Positions 60,848 to 64,000 of a stretch of 64,000 nucleotides of DNA are shown piece after piece (positions within the stretch are counted from its first letter, which is position 1; each line of letters opens with the position of its first letter). The stretch spans positions 2,610-66,609 of the forward strand of contig JAIPHJ010000006.1 in NCBI GenBank assembly GCA_021735245.1. Direction: 5' to 3'. The position numbers and the translations under genes were made by a program. Origin of the DNA: Candidatus Bipolaricaulota bacterium (GTDB lineage Bacteria; Bipolaricaulota; Bipolaricaulia; M55B111). Below the pieces are notes generated by a model that saw nothing but the letters and a program-made list of their open reading frames with translations, ran no database searches and was not told where the DNA came from.

Positions 60848-62077
60848 TCAGCTTACATCATCTTTAACTGGACTATTTGAACTTCCAACGTAGAAAATGA
60901 CGGGTATGGTGGTCATAATCACGAATATAAAGACCAAGAAACTCCACCTGAATCCGATATTGTCGATCAAAGTCCCGAGCAGGCTGGGACCGACGGCGCC
61001 AAATACTGTCAAGCTAACGGCAAAGAGCCCGTATAGCAGGTCAACTGATTCGGCGGGAGCACTATCCAGAAGGTTCGCGTGCATTACCGTATATAGTCCG
61101 CCTCGGGACGGCGCGATCAGGAAAATCCCGAGAGCGAGAGCCCAGAGCCCTGGAACCTGAGAAAAAAGGATTAATCCCAGCAGCACCAACCCGACCTGAA
61201 ATAAAAACGTCCAGCGAAACCCTTTACGGTCAACCACTCCGCCGGATAAGGTCTTACCCACTATCACCAGACCCATAAAGGCTACGTAAACGATATTTCC
61301 GAATCCTTCGGTAAACCCTCTGCCCTTGACTACGTAGGCGGGAATGAAGTTCTGAACCCCGAGGGCAAAAATACTTACCGGAATTATCAGTGTTACCATC
61401 TGCAAAAAGACCGGACAGTTCTTGGCCTCCTTTAACGCGCGGGCAATCTTGCGGGACGGGGAGAAGGCCTCTTTGGTGTCGGTTTTTCCTTCTCGGCCCG
61501 GAGAGCGGTAGAGAAAGTAGAAGACGATTGAAGCCAGGAATAAGAAAACCCCAATCAGACCAGCGGTGTATCTCCAGCCTCCCAGCAGGTTGCTTATCCT
61601 TACAATCCCGTAGGCCCCAAGGGCAGAAAGCGGAAATATTGCATCATATAGCCCCACGAATTTACCGCGCCTTTCCGGAAAAAGACTCGAAACGGCTGCA
61701 AATCCTGCAGGAATGAATAAACCCTGTCCCAGGCCTGCAATGAAAATGAACAGAGAAATAGACCAATAGCTCGGGGAGAAGGCAAAACCGATCATGCCCA
61801 GGACCATCAGAAAACCGGGATAACGTACAAACAACTCCCGGCCGTAGTGGTCTGCGGCGAAGCTTTCAACGAACTTCCCCAGGGAGTTGGCTGCCAGTAA
61901 AATCGTATAAAGTAAGCCCGCCAGGCTGTGAGAGATGTTCAAGCTTCGCTCCAGGGGGAGTGTTAGGAGGGGAAAAGAGGTAATAATTAGGGATGCCCCG
62001 AAAAATACCAGGGCCAGTAAGGAAAAAGACAGAATCTTTGACGTCTCTGTATCTTTCATTGCTTCACCATTTGGCAT
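60848..62077 (-). CDS. MFS transporter
   Basis: 409 aa, about 12 hydrophobic segments, with a loop 2-3 motif-like DHYGRE. Confidence 0.8.
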   Translation of the reverse strand: MPNGEAMKDTETSKILSFSLLALVFFGASLIITSFPLLTLPLERSLNISHSLAGLLYTILLAANSLGKFVESFAADHYGRELFVRYPGFLMVLGMIGFAFSPSYWSISLFIFIAGLGQGLFIPAGFAAVSSLFPERRGKFVGLYDAIFPLSALGAYGIVRISNLLGGWRYTAGLIGVFLFLASIVFYFLYRSPGREGKTDTKEAFSPSRKIARALKEAKNCPVFLQMVTLIIPVSIFALGVQNFIPAYVVKGRGFTEGFGNIVYVAFMGLVIVGKTLSGGVVDRKGFRWTFLFQVGLVLLGLILFSQVPGLWALALGIFLIAPSRGGLYTVMHANLLDSAPAESVDLLYGLFAVSLTVFGAVGPSLLGTLIDNIGFRWSFLVFIFVIMTTIPVIFYVGSSNSPVKDDVS

Positions 62078-62385
62078 AGTGATTTAAGATTAGCCGAAAC
62101 CTCGCTGCAGGAGTGGTGGTATACTCATCCTCGGTCTTTTATTTTCGCGGAAGGTTCCCAGCAATATTACCTTAACAGCACGAATACTTACAGGCTGTTT
62201 GAAAGTTAAGGATAGCTGGCTTCAGTGAAAAGTTCAATTGGGTCTCTTGAAATTGGCCCGTCAGTGCAGGCGTGGGGTTTGCGATTGTCGATATCGCAAA
62301 TTTTTGCCAGGGGATGAACCATTGGGAGCTACTAAACTGCTCACGGGTCTTTTCCTGGTGGGAGTTACAACCGGGCGGTTCTGGC

Positions 62386-63039
62386 TTACAGGGAATAGGG
62401 TCGGTCCAAAAACCTGAACGTGGAAGCGATCCCGCTGAAAACGTTTGCCTGGCTTCGGTCGAAATCGGGTGGCGGGGAATCAAAAACTCCGGGATTTATG
62501 GAATGCAGGACGAAGTCCAGGACGAAGCGACTGTTTCCTTCAACAGTTGAATATATTGTATGCTCGTAAAGGTGGCCGGCGGCACCTTCTTCGAACTCTT
62601 TTTTGTCGAACGTCCGGTCGTTGATAGAAACTTCTTTACCGGGCTCTTCCCCCGGAGTAGTATCAGGATTCCTTTCGGAAACCTTTTCTACTTTTACCAG
62701 GAAAAACTTCTCCTGCAAAAGAGTTTCCCCTGTAACTGGTAGGTCTACCCTGACCTTCCTCTGGTGCGTATCGCTGTAAGTTTGGACCCGCCCGGCTGGT
62801 GGATACTTGAATCCGAACCCGTGTGCTTCGCTCCTAAAAGTTTTCCATTCGGACAATTCTGCAGCGGGGAAACTTGCCTTCATTAAACTACAGGACGGAC
62901 ATTGTAGCTCTTCTGCGATGACGGGTATTGCCCCGAAGGTGGGTTCAATACGGAACTGGAAATTGATGAATGGTCCCCCTGACACAATCAGGAGTACCGT
63001 AAAGAATAGAACGAATAATCCCGAAACTCTATCGGTCAT
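62386..63039 (-). CDS. Hypothetical exported protein
   Basis: 217 aa with an N-terminal anchor GLFVLFFTVLLIVSGG. No recognisable motif. Confidence 0.5.
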   Translation of the reverse strand: MTDRVSGLFVLFFTVLLIVSGGPFINFQFRIEPTFGAIPVIAEELQCPSCSLMKASFPAAELSEWKTFRSEAHGFGFKYPPAGRVQTYSDTHQRKVRVDLPVTGETLLQEKFFLVKVEKVSERNPDTTPGEEPGKEVSINDRTFDKKEFEEGAAGHLYEHTIYSTVEGNSRFVLDFVLHSINPGVFDSPPPDFDRSQANVFSGIASTFRFLDRPYSL

Positions 63040-63082
63040 AGAATATCAAATTGGATAACTAGAACGGTTCAGTCGATCCCTG

Positions 63083-63562
63083 CTAGAGGTCTATAAGTTC
63101 CGGGTTGGCCACCCGGATTAACTCTTCCGGCGCAATCGGAAAGACGGTGTTTGGAGTTCCGGCCGCCGCCCATATGGTATCGAAAGACTTCAGGCTGGTG
63201 TCCAGAAATATCCCGGGGTCGGATTCGTGGGCAAATGGAGGGACGCCGCCGATACCCCAGCCTAGCCTCTCCTTCACTTCGTCCGGATTTGCAGGCCTTA
63301 CGTCTTCCGGGGTAACTCCGATTTTCTCGGCGAGCTCCTCTTCGCCGACATAGTTTACCCCGCTTGTAATTACTACGACTAGTTCGTTTCCTGCCTTCAT
63401 TACTATGCTTTTTGCTATCTGTGCTACCTCGCAGCCGATGGCTTCCGCGGCGTCCGCTGCAGTCTTAGTCCCCTCGTCGAACTCCTTCAACTCGAGATCC
63501 AGGTTAAATTCTTCGCTAACGGTGTCTTTGAATTTTTCTGCCGTGGGATGCAACTCAATCAC
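63083..63562 (-). CDS. YbaK/EbsC-type aminoacyl-tRNA editing (deacylase) domain protein
   Basis: 159 aa. AKSIVMKAGNELVVVITSG..GGVPPFAH pattern of the YbaK/ProRS-INS fold. Confidence 0.8.
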   Translation of the reverse strand: MIELHPTAEKFKDTVSEEFNLDLELKEFDEGTKTAADAAEAIGCEVAQIAKSIVMKAGNELVVVITSGVNYVGEEELAEKIGVTPEDVRPANPDEVKERLGWGIGGVPPFAHESDPGIFLDTSLKSFDTIWAAAGTPNTVFPIAPEELIRVANPELIDL

Positions 63563-63801
63563 CTCGATAAAAAATATCTTGTTAATCGGAAAAACTCAAT
63601 TAATGCTACACTTATTGTTTTGATTAATTATTTTTAATTGTAGCATTTCGAGCCCTCACTCTCTGTTGAGCGGCCGGAGACGATACTTTCGGACGGGCTA
63701 GTTATTTTTAGGGGTATAGAGGTTTTGTAGAGGAAAGCTTTGGCTTTCCATAATCTCTGGAAGTCTAAAAGACTTCCTCTATCTCAGAGAGTTATAACTA
63801 T

Positions 63802-64000
63802 ATGACTGGATTTGTAGTTCCATGCCGGCCCGCTATAGGTGACATTTCCGCTGGTGGCGGCGATAATCGATAAAGGTGTCCGTGTTCTGAACATCTTGGT
63901 CTTCCTATCGGCCTGGCCCTATATCAAGATCCCCAGGAGATGATAGAAATGCAGTTTCTCGGACCTGGCTTCTTGGCCATGGGCCGATACTGGCCATCTT
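63802..64000 (+). pseudogene. Possible ArsP/'predicted permease'-family gene with two compensating frameshifts (runs off the window)
   Basis: Three overlapping frame segments read as follows. MTGFVVPCRPAIGDI (frame of 63802). Then VTFPLVAAIIDKGVRVLNILVFLSAWPYIKIP (63839-63940). Then back to the first frame, QEMIEMQFLGPGFLAMGRYWPS. The middle segment resembles the ..PLA.GL..KGV..G.alAFL.AAP.INP.. core I recall for this family. Confidence 0.3.

Overview
This is a 64-kb, gene-dense fragment with about 55 protein genes, 2 tRNAs, no rRNA and no CRISPR array. It reads as an uncultured anaerobic bacterium: GGDEF/HD-GYP signalling, strong GGAGG ribosome-binding sites and CCA-encoded tRNAs. Many proteins look conspicuously acidic. 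Most genes are on the minus strand.

Gene blocks:
- (i) 1-12.2 kb: the 5' part of a Lon-like protease, TldD/PmbA, an AEC transporter, a HAD phosphatase, a class II B12 ribonucleotide reductase, a NUDIX hydrolase and a 594-aa membrane-anchored coiled-coil protein.
- (ii) 12.5-22.6 kb: one co-directional, GntR-headed cluster. It holds an OpuB/C-type betaine/choline ABC importer, an Fe-alcohol dehydrogenase, a GlnA-type ligase and two non-pyrrolysine MttB-family methyltransferases.
- (iii) 23-31 kb: a Crp regulator, tRNA-Arg(GCG), a dead tyrosine integrase, a frameshifted PAS/HD-GYP gene coupled to a PAS/GAF/GGDEF gene, and a decayed lipoprotein gene.
- (iv) 32-51 kb: a C4-dicarboxylate/TCA supercluster.
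- (v) 51.5-64 kb: envelope/exopolysaccharide and miscellaneous genes.

The most unusual item is the core of block (iv). An eight-gene MvhADG [NiFe] hydrogenase + HdrA + HdrB/C-like + FrdA/B-like module sits exactly between the gamma gene and the delta-alpha-beta genes of a 2-oxoacid:ferredoxin oxidoreductase. I propose a soluble, H2-driven, electron-bifurcating fumarate reductase feeding ferredoxin to that enzyme.

Intergenic DNA carries at least two families of structured palindromic repeats that I cannot assign to any known element. It also holds several other hairpin-rich spacers and a cluster of decayed genes.

All calls rest on reading the supplied ORF translations and the DNA by eye. No database search or folding program was available, so family names are recollections and functional links are hypotheses.
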